Notes under the pieces: model-generated
What the model was told of the DNA's origin: nothing
Database searches by the model: none
Seen by the model: only the letters and a program-made list of their open reading frames with translations
Part shown: piece by piece, positions 12,988-26,129 of the stretch
How positions within the stretch are numbered: position 1 is the first letter of the stretch
Layout: the number at the start of each line of letters is the position of its first letter
Source of the DNA: Octopus sinensis
Taxonomy: Eukaryota
Reading direction: 5' to 3'
Assembly: GCF_006345805.1 (NCBI RefSeq)
Contig: NC_043000.1
Span: 19,840,001 to 19,904,000 of the forward strand
Length of the DNA: 64,000 nucleotides
Program-made: the position numbers and the translations under genes

Positions 12988-13229
12988 CTTCCTTTTCAAG
13001 TGGTACTTGAAGAAATTAATGAGAGTTTAGCCAGAAAAGAAAAATCCCTGACCTCAAACCTTTTAAAAGCATTTACCAACTAACTTTTTTCACGACAACC
13101 ATCAAGTAGAGGAAGGTTAAACACCATTCCCAACTAAAGTAAATTGGCAGGTCAATTTTTAGTAAAGACTCGGCTAATAAATGAATCCATCCTTCATATG
13201 ATAAAAGCTGTTCAACACAAGCTTATAAA

Positions 13230-14302
13230 TCAGTAATGCACAGATGCCAAACGAGAGCATGCAAGATGGTTTTGTTACTCTGCACACATCTTAGACAAGT
13301 TCAGCTGTTGGAACTTCCATCTTTTGTAGAGCTTGTCTCAAGCAGGTGAAACCCCTCTGTAGCAATGTTATGCCAAGGAAATTTGGAGAGTTGTTCATGA
13401 TTCCTGATCTGAAAATATTCCAGGAGAGGTTACAGAGAGTGTCTTTGTTGACACCTAGAATCATCCTCAGGTTGTCATCACTCATACTCTCTCTTTAGGA
13501 TGCAAGTGATATTTTTACGCTGATCACACTGTCCAGCTGGTAGTGCTTTAAGTGCTTAGCAACATTCCAGATGTCAAAAATACAACTTTTCTCTATGCTT
13601 GACAAAGACAAGCTGTAGAAAAATATTGCACAGATGATATGTACACAAGTTTGCCTTCAGCCTCATTGCCATTGCTGGAGTTTTATGCAAGTGTGTGAGC
13701 AACAGAGCATATTTAATATCATCAGGAATGACATACCAAAGTCCCTAGAAAAAGGACATCAGTAGCAGATTGATTTCCTGACCAATAGAACCTATCCCTT
13801 TCGCAAGAAGTGAAAGAACATTAGCTCCAATCTGGTTAGCTATTCCTTAGGATGAGAAGTTAGGTGGCAGTACACTACCAATGTAAATTTGGTATTAACC
13901 ATTTCCACTCAACCTTTCAAGAACAGTTTCTTCTGGACCTACTTCTTTGTGAGACTGGCCACTCTACTTACAATCTCACCCCAGTTCCTACCCACCTGAG
14001 TGTCCAAACTGAACCAGATACAGGCAACTGAACTGGCTCCTCCTCAATCATATGACAAACCACTGCTGGCCATCATGGACTTGCCCACTGACTTGTCCTT
14101 CTTAATGTGTACTCCTATAAAATCCTAGTGCTCTTTGAATGTGGAGCCAACTGTTTCTAAATTCAAAGTATCCAACATCATGATAGTCATATCATTCATG
14201 TATTCAGATAGTTTTATCATGACCCAGCTCCTCAAAGTTTTTGTCCTTCACAGCATTGATTTTAATGAAAATGCATATAGAAGTGAGGAGAGGGGGATAT
14301 TC
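13230..14302 (-). mobile_element. Highly decayed LTR-retrotransposon (Ty3/Gypsy-like) pol remnant
   Basis: Broken minus-strand frames weakly resemble the Gypsy RT segment after YxDD (…NFLGITLLQRG…). Low certainty. Confidence 0.35.
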
Positions 14303-14947
14303 TTGATAGACTGAATGTGTGATATGCAAGAGTTCTTGAAGATGGTTCCAGTTGAACCTGTACATTGCAGCTGTACATTCATCCTCATTGTTTAACATCC
14401 ACCTTCCATGCAGACATGGGTTGGACAGTTTGACAAAAGCTGGCCAGGTAGAAGACTACCCTAGGCTACTGTGTCTGTTTTGGTAGGGTTTTTACAGCTG
14501 GATGCCTTTCTTGACACCAACCATTCCACAGAGTGGGTTGAGTGCTTTTTATGCAGCACCAGCACAGGCATGGTTTTTACAGCTGGATGCCCTTTGAAAT
14601 GACAAACACTTTACAGTGTGGACTGGATGCTTTTTACATAGCACCAACTGTCTAATCTTTGTAAACAGAAAAAAGCCAGTTTCTCTAAGAACAGATTCTC
14701 GGTAGCAATGGTCAACACTTTTGAAAACTGTGCTGATCCAAATTGATCAATGCCCAGCCAAAGCCAGGATATCCCCTCTCCTCACCTTCTATAAGTGTTT
14801 TCATGAAGATCACTGCTGTGGAGGACAAAAGCTTTGAGAAACTGGGTCATGATAAAACTGTATCTGAATACATGGATGATGTGACTGTTATGGTCATTTG
14901 AATTTAGAAACAGTTGGTACCACATTCAAAGAGTACTAGGATTTTAT
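14117..14947. repeat. Long inverted repeat, arms 14117-14302 and 14767-14947
   Basis: The reverse complement of arm 2 aligns to arm 1 over about 180 nt (about 85% by eye). The 464-nt spacer contains an RTE 3'UTR fragment (about 14385-14650). Confidence 0.93.
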
Positions 14948-15279
14948 CTATTCTAAACCTATCTCTGTGAAGTATTGTAGGCTGCTGTGAATAGATTTGT
15001 TGGAAGTTGCACAGGTTTGCATGTCTGAAACTACATTATGGACAACAGGCACTGACTTCTTGTCATACACAATTGCTAAATTTTTCACCTCTGTTTTTAA
15101 GTATTATAGACCTGAAAATTGAATTGTGGCTTTGCTTCCATGCTGTGCCTTTGCCATCAATGTGCATCAAATGGTTTTCATACTTTGATGTTCAGTACAC
15201 ACACCTTAACTTGAACAATGCATCTACCATGTTCTATGTTGAAGAAAAGGTTGAGAGCTATTCTCACCACTAGCACATA

Positions 15280-15482
15280 CAAGGGGGTGCCGAAAAGTTC
15301 CTGGCTTTAAGGGTATTGCGAAAGGCCTAGCTGGAGACCCAACCTTTCAAGTTCTTTTACAAGGTTTAAAAAAACTGAAGGACCATTGCAATAAGAGGGG
15401 AATATGTTGAATAAAATCATAATTAACTGATCCTCCTGTATTTTCTTTTACCCAAAGCCAAGAACTTTTCAGCACCCCATTG
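15280..15482. mobile_element. Tc1/mariner-type MITE
   Basis: TA|CAAGGGGGTGCCGAAAAGTTCCTGGCTTT ... AAAGCCAAGAACTTTTCAGCACCCCATTG|TA: about 29-bp TIRs and a TA target duplication. Confidence 0.88.
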
Positions 15483-16125
15483 TAATTTGTGATGCTTCTT
15501 CTAAATAACTAGATAGTGTTTTCTCTGTTCTAATACACTCTATAGTTATCTTTTTGCTAAAGCTAACATATGTTGCTCTTATTTTTATTGTTAGAAAAAC
15601 CTACCACCAAATGCTTAAAAAGTTCCCCAATTCAGTCATCCAACTGAATTACATGAAGTCACCAACACATTCATCTCTGGCCCATATATAAACTGTTTTC
15701 TTTCTGTCTTTTCTATTGAAACTACAGTGGCCCCTCTTCCTCAGAGTTTACTAGTCTCATGCCACCTCAACTCAGGTACTACCTCCACTTACTGGCTTCG
15801 CCTTATCTTGTCATTCATATTGTATCCACTTACCTACCTCAGGCCCTGTAATAATCAATATGTCTAGTTTATCTCCAAATCATAGGTCTCCTGAAATTCT
15901 TTTTTTGACCTAGTTTCCCCTGCAGATGTCAACTTACAGCTATTGAACAGGAATGTTTACTGTGTTGATCTCAATGGTGTTGGATGGTCTGCAATGGCTG
16001 TAGTGGGAACAATCTCTTTTTCCAGCTGCCCCACCCATTAAAAAAAAAACCATGTAAAATATAAATTATATGGTTAAAAGATAAATTATATAGCATGTAA
16101 TAAGAAAATTTATATGGTTACTTAC

Positions 16126-16230
16126 TAAATGCTCTAGACTCTTTACATGGCCAGGATTGATGGATATAGCATTTTCAAAATACACCTTAGCTTCTTGGAA
16201 ACGTTTCTTATGTTCAAGGACACGTCCCTT
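16126..16230 (-). CDS. TTC7: TTC7 coding exon
   Basis: ttttatag|KGRVLEHKKRFQEAKVYFENAISINPGHVKSLEHL|gtaagt. One TPR, resembling TTC7B RGQIAELRG...ALAISPTHVKSMQRL. 105 nt, phase 0 to 0. Confidence 0.95.
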
Positions 16231-17368
16231 CTATAAAAGAAAAAGAAACAAGTTTATAACTAACAATGTTTAATTATCATGATTACCAATCTGAAAGTGA
16301 TGAACTTTTCACTGGAAACAAAGCAATTAGAAATTTCAAATAGCAACATCCATAAACAAAACTAAGCATGAATGTCACACAACCTGTCCATTTACACAGA
16401 ATGCCTAGGTAAAATTTTAAAATACCTGCTACTATCCCCATTTTCAATGGTTTAACATTTGTTTTCCCATGCTGACAAGGGTTGAGTAGATTTACCATAT
16501 ACTATAGATTTACTATATACATACACCTTTGCTAAAATTATCACCACTGTGTTTAACAGAGTGATGGACCTGAAAACCTCTACTACATCCCTCTTATTCA
16601 GGTCCTCCTTTATCTTAGTATTTCATTACCTCATCTGTGAAGCCCAATATCCTGGGATTTGGCTCCACTATTTCTCCCCATGCTTTTCTCGGACATTGAT
16701 ATCATTGACTGCCATTTCACTAGTTTTACTCAGCATTCATCATATATTTACACATGACTATTCCACATTTACTCTTATTCCAATACATAGGTGCTCTTTC
16801 ATTTCACTTGTGTTCAGCCTTTATGTCGATTAACATTACAAATATTTATACATGAAACAATAAGGTTAGGAAAAATGCCAATAACTTGGCTGAAAGGTCA
16901 ACATGTTACAGATGTTTGGCGACAATGATGGTATGATTTTATTACAACAGTACCAGAAATATAGTTTCATTGATTCATCAAAGATAACAGAAGCTATTGA
17001 ATTGCTTTGAGAGCAGGACAAAAACTTTGAAAATATCACATTCCTGACATGTTTCCTGATGAATAACATGGAATATATAAAAGTTGTTCAAGGAAAGCTG
17101 AACAACAGACAGGAAATAAATCAAAAGAAAAATAAATAAATGAATATTTCAATATTTGTTGTTCAATGAGAACTGCAACACCACCAATTAAATGAAGCCA
17201 CAAGCATTGGAGACAATGATAATTCATCGTGCAGGGTGACTTAATAGCAGGTGGCATCTAATTGTTTGTGATATGATCTCAGAGTTGGACATTTCATGAG
17301 AAAAGAAATAAATATAGAAATTTGACACATCCACTGCTTTATATTCATAAATGAACAAATTGTTTACA

Positions 17369-17442
<74 letters not shown>

Positions 17443-19606
17443 CATACATTTTCTATGTCTTGGTATTGAATAAAAATAAACAAGGCTTCGTTTTTCTCAA
17501 ATATAATCAAAGTTCATAACATATGATAGCTTCCATCAATACTTTCAAGTATAATACTTTCTGAAACCACTGTTACAGGTTTAGATCTATTAGTGACCTA
17601 TATACCTGTATTATGTATCTGTGGATACTTGTTTTCTAGTAAACTCTGATTAAGCGGAGTTGTTAATCTGCACAACAAAGGTTTCAATTGACTCCTCCAT
17701 GAAAACCTCCCATCTATACACTTGCTTCTAACAAGTCAGTAAAGAAGCCTCTACATAGTCATTTGGCCGGCTAGAAATAGCAATTTAACCTCCTTCAAAT
17801 TACACCCACCATCTAAAAGACAAATGAAAGGAGACATTAGATAATGAAATCTTAGATTCATTATGTTAGTAATAAAGACACACTGGTCATGCCTGGCCAT
17901 GCTATTGTTTAATTCCAGGTCAATCACAATCAAGTGGATCAAAAATCTACTTGATTGGGGTTGTCCTGGAGCTAAACAACAGCAACAACTCTAAGAAATT
18001 ACTTGGGTTAACAACTCCTCTGTCTGCTATACTGAGGTTTGTAATCATCAGACATTGCTGGAGTAACAACTCGTCACTGGCAAGGAAACAAAGGAACTTC
18101 TATATCAAGGGTGTCGAATACATGGCCTGTCAGCTGGGTCCAGTCTGTGGCAATGTTTTGTCCTGTCCTTGGCTCAATTTTATAAAAAAGCAAAAATTAT
18201 TATCATTTTAATTTCAAAATATTCTGTAAAATATATATCACTAGCATGCATTTAGTGTTGGAGCCTGACTAGAGTCATAATTATTACCAATTCTGATTAG
18301 TCTTACTGAATCTTTAGTTATCTTGAACGATGTAAAAGAAGCTTATGAATGAATTCATACACTAAAAGGTGTTATCCACTTCTACTTCATCTTCTTTATA
18401 TACACCGAGATTCCCCACTCCCACTTTTATACACATGTTTGTCCAAATGGATTTTAATGATACACATGATACTGAAGGGTTTTGTAGCTGAACTATTGAA
18501 AGCTTTCTATCAAGTGTTGATCTTCTCAAGAACTGTATGTATTCGTTTGGACAATGTCTGTCTCCATTCTTACTCTAAGGACTAACAACTCTGCACACAA
18601 ACTGTACTAACACCTCATATTTTTTTTCCCATTCTTTATTATCACTAGAATTGTTATAATGTATATTGATCCCTTTTTCCATTTCCTTTGGCCTATATTA
18701 TAAGTAAGAGTTTTAGGAATAAATGTCCCAATGCAAACTGCAAAGATCTAGTTCTATTCTTCAATCCAATTCAAAAAGCTAAATGAGTTTGATAACTCTG
18801 CTCTACATAGTTATTCAACTTGTTAGAAATAGCAGTCAATTTTCTTTAAACCACAACTACTTTCTTAAAAAAAATAGAAGTCTAAGACTACATTGTATAA
18901 ATTAATATTAGATATGTGGTACCTAAAAAAGAAGGAATAATCCTATCTAGAACACTCTTGAATGTGGATCTGCCTGGAACAAAAATATTCATTGATTGCT
19001 ATATTGAGGCTTGAAATTAAAGACCTTTCCTGAGTTAACAACTTCTTTACTGACAGTTGAATATTTCTGACCTTTAATATCTATTAACTCCAACATTACA
19101 TTTAAGATCTGTCATTTTGCTTACTGTTTTCCTATGCTATATCAATGCCATCCAACAAACTTTTCAGTCTCTTTCATAACTATATGCATATGTATGGGAT
19201 GAAGAAATGAGAGGAGTGTGAGAGAGGTGGAGGCTCAATACACCAGCTTCCTTCCCTCTCAAACATTCTTATCAATGAACTTCAACAACTCTCTTTTCAT
19301 GTACAACAGTTAAAAAAACCTCTCAATCCATATACAAGCTAGTGGATTAAATTGTTTTGCCATGAGGAACAAGATAAGACCAAGATTTCAGTTAACATAC
19401 TTTACTGGAGAGCACTTTTGGATAAAAGGTAGTGCCAGAACTGTTGCACTTTTCTTCTTCTTCACAGCAAAATCTTATGCAGCAGACTAAATTCATTGTT
19501 CAACTTAACACCATTACTGATCCTAGGGTGTCTTTAGAAGCATCCAGATCAGTTGTAAGCAATCAGGTCGGGTTTCTAGCCTGAGGATACCAGAAAAGAA
19601 TTGTGG

Positions 19607-19672
19607 GTGATGACCTTCCACCTCTGACTAGACCATTTATAAATGGTTTAGTCAGATGTGGAAGGTCATTAC
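19607..19672. repeat. 66-nt near-perfect palindrome (fold-back)
   Basis: gtgatgaccttccacctctgactagaccattta|taaatggtttagtcagatgtggaaggtcattac: 30 of 33 symmetric positions are Watson-Crick. Confidence 0.97.
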
Positions 19673-19849
19673 AAAACATTCAACTGCTGAAAATTCAACT
19701 GCTAACACTAATTGCCAATATTAACTATCATTAGTTCCTTCAGATCCTACTGTTTACCTCATTCATCTATCTTGTATGACCAACAAGTATGAAGATATGA
19801 AAATCTCTCTCTCTTCTGTCTGTCTCTCTCTCCCCGCACCATAAAACAA

Positions 19850-19894
19850 TTCCCACTGTGACACCTTGGGCAAGTATCTTCTATTATAGCCCAT

Positions 19895-19929
<35 letters not shown>

Positions 19930-20175
19930 ATATGTGTGTATGCATTACTGTTTCCTTGCTTTGGAATTGCATGATAGTTGTAAACGAGTGTCACCATCAT
20001 GCAAGCAGTGTTTTTCATTTCCAATATTCTATCTGGCCATGGGAAAATATTACCTTATTTAGAAACAGGTGAGGGTTAGCAACAGGAAAGGCATCCAGCT
20101 GTAGAAAATCTACCTCAACAAATTCTGTCCAATCCATGCAAGCATGGAAAAGTGGACATTATAATGATGATGATG
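19850..20175 (+). mobile_element. CORE-type SINE with RTE-derived 3' end and (GAT)n tail
   Basis: accttgggcaagtatcttctattatagcc, (TG)n, a body, then ggcatccagctgtagaaa...catgcaagcatggaaaagtggacatt(ataat)gatgatgatg, which is the RTE family A 3' end. Confidence 0.78.
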
Positions 20176-20993
20176 TATATAATGTATAGTGAACACTGAT
20201 TTCTTTTAGCATAATCTTTGAGGAAAGCAGGCTAATTAAAAATGAAACCAGCAATAATGAGGAATGCAAAAAAAAAGCTTGGTTTTCCTGAATTACTAAA
20301 ATGAATACAGATATGCTTAAAAAGAGGTGAATCATTCACTACCCACTAACTTTTTTTATATTTCTGACATTTTCAAACTTGTCTTCAAATTTCAAATTGT
20401 TTTAATGTCAGCAATTCCATGTTATACAACATTACATCTTGTAATACATACTTGGGTGCTTTGATCCTTGTCACTATTCATAAAATTTCTCTTCTAGAAC
20501 TTACAAATAATCATATTACCTTTAACTTTCACTGGTTTCAATCATTAGACTGTGGCCATGCTGGGGCACTGCCCTGAACAATTTTAGTTGAACAAATCAA
20601 CCCCAGTACTTACTTTTTTGTAAAGCCTAGTATTTACTCTACCAATCTCTTTTGCCAAACTGCTTTGGCAAATGTACACTGTATTTATATGAATAATATA
20701 TAGTCTATTGACTAATTTTTCTACACGCTAGGCCACAGGTAGTAAAAATTGATTTTTTTTTTGGAGTCAAGTACCCTGACCTCCTAATATGCTGCAAATC
20801 TCGGAATCATTAGAAATTATTTTTTTTCATTGAATGAATTCCTGTGACCTCCTAATATTGCAAAATTAGGTTACTTAAGGTGAGCCTGGTAACTGATGGT
20901 TTTGGGGTCTTGTTGTTTGTAACTTTTGGTAAGCCATGGTGCAACCAACAACATGGTAAAAATCCCTGCCATTAATTTGGTGTGGATGGGTAA

Positions 20994-22184
20994 TCTACTA
21001 CATATGTGGAAAATCGGTGTGAGTTTGTTTGTGGCATTGTTAGCTAACTCTTCCTACATCGTTTTATTGATTTTGATGAAACTTGACATGTGAGTAGAAC
21101 TCATCTGGAAACCTTGTGACATACTTAGATTACTGAAAAAATCGATAATACGGCTCCTGGAAGAGATCTTTATATCTAACTCATATAACTAATGTTTTTT
21201 TAAACACCCAAGAGAAATAACTGATAGTACCTGTACAATATTTTTTTTAAACACTCAAGGGGAATTACCAATTTCATTCTTTATGTTCGATTACATTGAA
21301 TATTGATTTTTTTGTATGTCCTATTTCTAATTATTGCAGACAATATCACTTTTATACTTTATTTGACATACGAGTAGAACTCATGTCGTCTGGAAACCTC
21401 ATGACATACTTAGATTGTTGAAAAAAAATCGATAATAGGGCCCTTCCAATGGATCCTTCTATCTACTACATATTACTAATATTTTATTTAAACAACCCAA
21501 GGGAAATAACCCATACCACCTGCAGATTTTAGTGAAGTGATCAATATTTGATTCTCATGATCAGCCGACCTAATTCTGCATTTCACTACTCACAGTTTTG
21601 AACTACTAAATATAATTATTGCACTTCCTTAATTTGAATCTTAAACCTTAAAGACTTCATTCATACATTTCTATACATACATATTTTTTTGAATGCCCAT
21701 TACTCCAATAATTCTGCATTTTTACAGTTACACTTTTTCCATGACAGTAGATAATTTTTTTATTCCACAACATATTTGTAGTGGTTTCATGCAGGCATAG
21801 CGTGGATTCGATCTTCGATTACCAGATTTCACTTAACACTTCAACAGCACTTTTCTCACAGTAAAACAATAGTTTTCCTGTGAATGACAGCAGTTATACA
21901 TTTCCCAGGTGCCTTCGCTAAGCAGAATAATGTCTTTGCCTCTCACCAATCTCCGCCAACCTCTCTCACCAACCTCCGACAATCTTTCTCGCCAACCTCC
22001 AAAAACCTCTCTCGCCAACCTCCAACAATCTCTCCCTCCTCCAGCTGACAGTTTTTTGTACTTTTTTATGACAGAAAATACAACTTTTGTGGCAGTTATA
22101 ACAGAATTGCTTTCTTATATCAGAGTAATAATGTGTTTCAATAGAACATCTTTACCTCCAGGAATTACTGGGTACACCAGCTAG
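20994..22184 (+). mobile_element. Non-autonomous Helitron
   Basis: A|TCTACTACATAT... 5' end. The 3' end is a degenerate hairpin (ccaggaattactgg) followed by gtacaccagCTAG|T, so the element sits between A and T with no TSD. Internal duplicated module and ~20-bp tandem repeats at 21940-22030. Confidence 0.75.
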
Positions 22185-22886
22185 TATCAAATAATTCAAT
22201 TACAACATATATTTAAATTAAACATGAAAAAAATTAAAATATTATCATCACTTACATGGAAAAATTGAAATTTTATTTTTCTGTATTTTATAAGGTAAAA
22301 TCTTAAATTATTAATTGACACATTATTAATTATCTTATAACAGCAATGCCTGGAAAAATCATGGATTACATGGAAAAATGCGAGCATGAAAAGTCATATT
22401 CATAAGATTATGAACCTTAAGTTTTTGTAACAGTATAGGACAAGCTATTATACAAAAACAGTATATAGATTTAAGCTTTAAGTAACACACATTTAGGATC
22501 TCACAATAGTTCTAGCTTTAGTTAAAAAAAAATTAATTATGCAATAGATATTGTTCAATTGTAATGTTAAAATCATTTAATAAAAGGAACTATTTTTGTA
22601 TAAATTGTATGTATATATTACATGATTTTACCATATTAAAGAATATATATTCCATGTATATTAAACAATGCAGTCCCTTCTTGATACCATTTTTCTTATT
22701 ACACAGAATCATTTCCCTTGTTATCCATCGTTCAGCCTTTAATTCTGATCTCCACCCATACGTTCATTGATTACCCCACCCCATTCCCAGTGCCAACAAA
22801 TTATCTCTCCTCCTCCACCACCACCAAACATCTCACCTTCCTCATACACTGTGCTCACCTCTCCCACTATTCCTCATCCACTCATA

Positions 22887-23260
22887 GGTACAGGCATGGC
22901 TGTGTGGTATGAAACTTGCTTCTCAACCACATGGTTTCAGGTTCAGTTTCACTGCATGACATCTCGGGTAAGTGTCTTCTACTATAGCCTCAGGTCAATC
23001 AAAGCCTTGTGAGTGGATTTGGCAGATGGAAACTGAAAGAAGCCTGTTGTATATATGTATATATTTATGTGTGCGTGTCATTGTGTCTGTGTTTGTCCTC
23101 CACCACTGCTTGACAACCAGTGTTAGTGTGTTTTCAACCCTGTAACTTAGCAGTTCACCAAAAGAGACCTAATAAATAAGCGCTAGGCTTAAAAAATAAG
23201 TCCTGGGGTCCATTTGTTTCAACTAAAACCCTTCAAGGCAGTATCCCAGCATGCTCCACC
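22887..23260 (+). mobile_element. Full-length tRNA/CORE-type SINE (OR-like family)
   Basis: tRNA-like head with A box (tggctgtgtggta) and B box (ggttcagtttc), CORE-like block, internal (TA/TG)n, and a 3' part shared with the 39759 copy. Confidence 0.85.
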
Positions 23261-24120
23261 CTCTATTCTAAAACATGAGTAGTCACATAGTTCCTTTATA
23301 GCAAGAAATCTGCTTTGCTTCAGCCTTTTCTTTCATACTTTACCCCTTTCTACTCTTTATTCACCTAGCATAAAGTTTTTCCCTCCCAACTCAAGGTTCA
23401 CAGTCTTGCAAGATGCATGACAACTTCACTAGTGCTGATGGCACAAAAACAGTACATACTGTAAAATAATTAGTGTTAGGAAGGGCACCCAACAATAGAA
23501 ACTGTGCTGAACAGATACTGGGGCACAATGCAGTTCTTGGGACCTCAGATCCTGTCAAACCATCTAACCTATGCCATGATGATGATGATGGTGGAGATGG
23601 AGGAGGAGGAGGTGGTTGTGGTGGTGGTGGAGGAGGAGGAGGAGGAGGAGCGGTTGTATCCAGCACACCTTTGCATTATTACCAATTGTAGTAGGGTAGT
23701 GAAACACAAAATTTTAAGAAGTATATATTTTCGTAGCCACTTATATACATAAACTACAGTATATAGCTGCATATGAACTGAAACAAGGTACGTTTTATCA
23801 TTTTGATGCTTCTATTTCAGTTTTACATTTTGCTTCTGGATCATTCTGATGTATTAGTAAAACAATAAACAACCTCAAGTGATATGACCTTACAGACTAT
23901 GCAGACACACTCATTGAAATATAATAAACAATTAATGCATTATGACAATCGAACAAAACTGTATCCTTATAGCAATTTAAACTCTTCATTACACACTAGC
24001 TACCTTGAACAATTGATATAATTAATGCCATCATAAATATGACTGCACTGTTAGAACTGAGAAAATGGACAAAATTTAGTTCTCATGTACATTGTGTATA
24101 CTATTTACCCATAGTACATA

Positions 24121-24465
24121 GGTACATGGCTCAGTGGTTAGAGCGTTGGACTCACAATCATGAGGTTACGAATTCGATTCTCAGACTAGGCTGTGTGTTG
24201 TGTTCTTGAAAAAGACACTTTATTTCACGTTGCTCCAGTTTGCTCAGCTGTAGAAATGAGTTGTGACATCACTGATGCCAAGCTGTATCAGCCTTTGCCT
24301 TTCCTTTAGATAACATTGGTGACGTGGAGAGGGGAGGTTGGTATGCAACTGCTGGTCTTCCATAAACAACCTTGCCCAGACTTGTGCCTCAGAGGGTAGC
24401 TTCCTAGGTGCAACCCCATAAGTCATTCATGACCGAAGGGGGTCTTTATCCTTTACACTTTATGT
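24121..24465 (+). mobile_element. tRNA-derived SINE
   Basis: ggtacatggctcagtggttagagcg...acgaattcgattc (A and B boxes) followed by a non-tRNA body of about 280 nt. Confidence 0.8.
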
Positions 24466-24485
24466 ACCCATAATATTTAACTGTA

Positions 24486-24710
24486 ACCCTTGAATATTGA
24501 AACTGGGCAATATACAGCGCAAAATCCTAACTGTTTTATGTTCAGTTTGGCCAATGTCATTTTAGAATGATGTTGTAGGGTAGGGTCTTACATCTACCCT
24601 ACAATGTCACACTAAAACAATTAATCACATCATCAAAATCTTGAATCTATGAGATAATGCATGATTAATTCAAAACAATATGAATAAACAAGCATTTCTG
24701 GAAAAAAGTG
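24486..24710. mobile_element. Degraded copy of the piggyBac-like MITE at 63571 (opposite orientation)
   Basis: Shares reverse-complemented blocks (catcatcaaaat...tgagataatgcatgatt) with 63571-63784. Confidence 0.55.
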
Positions 24711-26129
24711 TGCATTATATACCAACAGATATAACACACACACATGCTTCTACTCTTTCATATTGTGTGAATGTATGTGTAACTATTTATCCACCTATTT
24801 GTCTATCTTTAGTTAGTAACCTTTCTTATCTTCAGTCATTAATCTTCAGCTACTTACAAAACAGACATAAACAGACTCAAAGAACATTAAACTTGAGTCT
24901 TCATATCTGAACCAACAAGTATTTTAAAAATGAACAGTTATTGATCTTTTATACAAGGTCTACACATACCCCATTAGAGAGTACCGCTCTCTTAAAATAT
25001 TAGATTAAAAACTTCTCAACAGTTCTCGCCCTATACCTCCACCTTTCAATGCTATAGTTAGTAACCAGGTACTCCAGTCATTAATACAAGCCTTTGTTTA
25101 TTCACTGATATCTAGTGTGTCAATCAGATATAGGATTGAATTTTCTGCTCTAATTATCAAATAATTTCTAAGTATACATTATTATATTAAGCATATCCAA
25201 AGTATCTGTCACATCAACCTCGTTTATTAAACTTTGAAGAGATACATCATACAGGTTAAGAAATAAATACAATATCAGGTTATTAAGACTGTCATGCTCA
25301 AGAAAATCATTTGATAACAGACTGTTAACAGACCCAGCACTACAAGTTACCTAGTCTAACAAGCTATACTTCTTTCATAACAATTTCTATCATTATTATG
25401 ACTTAAATATTTCTGTATTTAACTGACCTGCTGGAAATAGCAACTAAATTTCCCTCAAATTATCCCTTACCATCTTTAAAAAAAATGAAGTAAGCCTCAA
25501 AATTCTAATTAGAAATAATTATATGGGGAGGAAAAAGCTCAGTATTAGCTCAATGATTGACATTTTAATGATTTCCACAAATACAAGAGAACTCCAGACA
25601 TGTTTCAGTCTTAGACTTCTGCAGTAAGGTATAAACTTCACCTTACTTTACCAAGGGAATCTCGACTTTGCACCACTCATGTACAATGCTGTACATCTAT
25701 TTAGTGATACTCTCATCACATCACTACTTCAGTAAATATAGTGAAGTCTGTTTTGCTGAGGAAGCAACCCTAACATTTCATTCATTCTTCCAGTATGTCC
25801 CACCCACTCATGCCCTAAAAGCAATTCAACCTAAACATTATTCAACAGTCACTTAAAGAGAAAACTGTGAGGCTGTTTGTATGTCCTTCTTCTTTACATA
25901 CACACTTAACTAAATCAAACAACAGATTTGTTGATAGGTTGTCATCCTCCTCCTCCTCCTCTAACATCTGTTTTCCATGCTGGCATGAGTTGGACAGTTT
26001 GACCAGAGCTGGCAAGTCGGAGAGCTGAACCAGGTTCCAGTCTGATTTAGCTTAGTTTTTACAGCTGGATGCCTTTTCTAATACCACATAGGTATTTTCT
26101 GAAACTAGAATACTGCACTAAAATATTTG

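Noticed and set aside
24121-24195. tRNA-like sequences (also 22887, 26372, 39759, 60430-60497)
   Set aside because: They have A and B boxes but no closed acceptor stem, and each continues into a SINE body. They are SINE heads, not tRNA genes.
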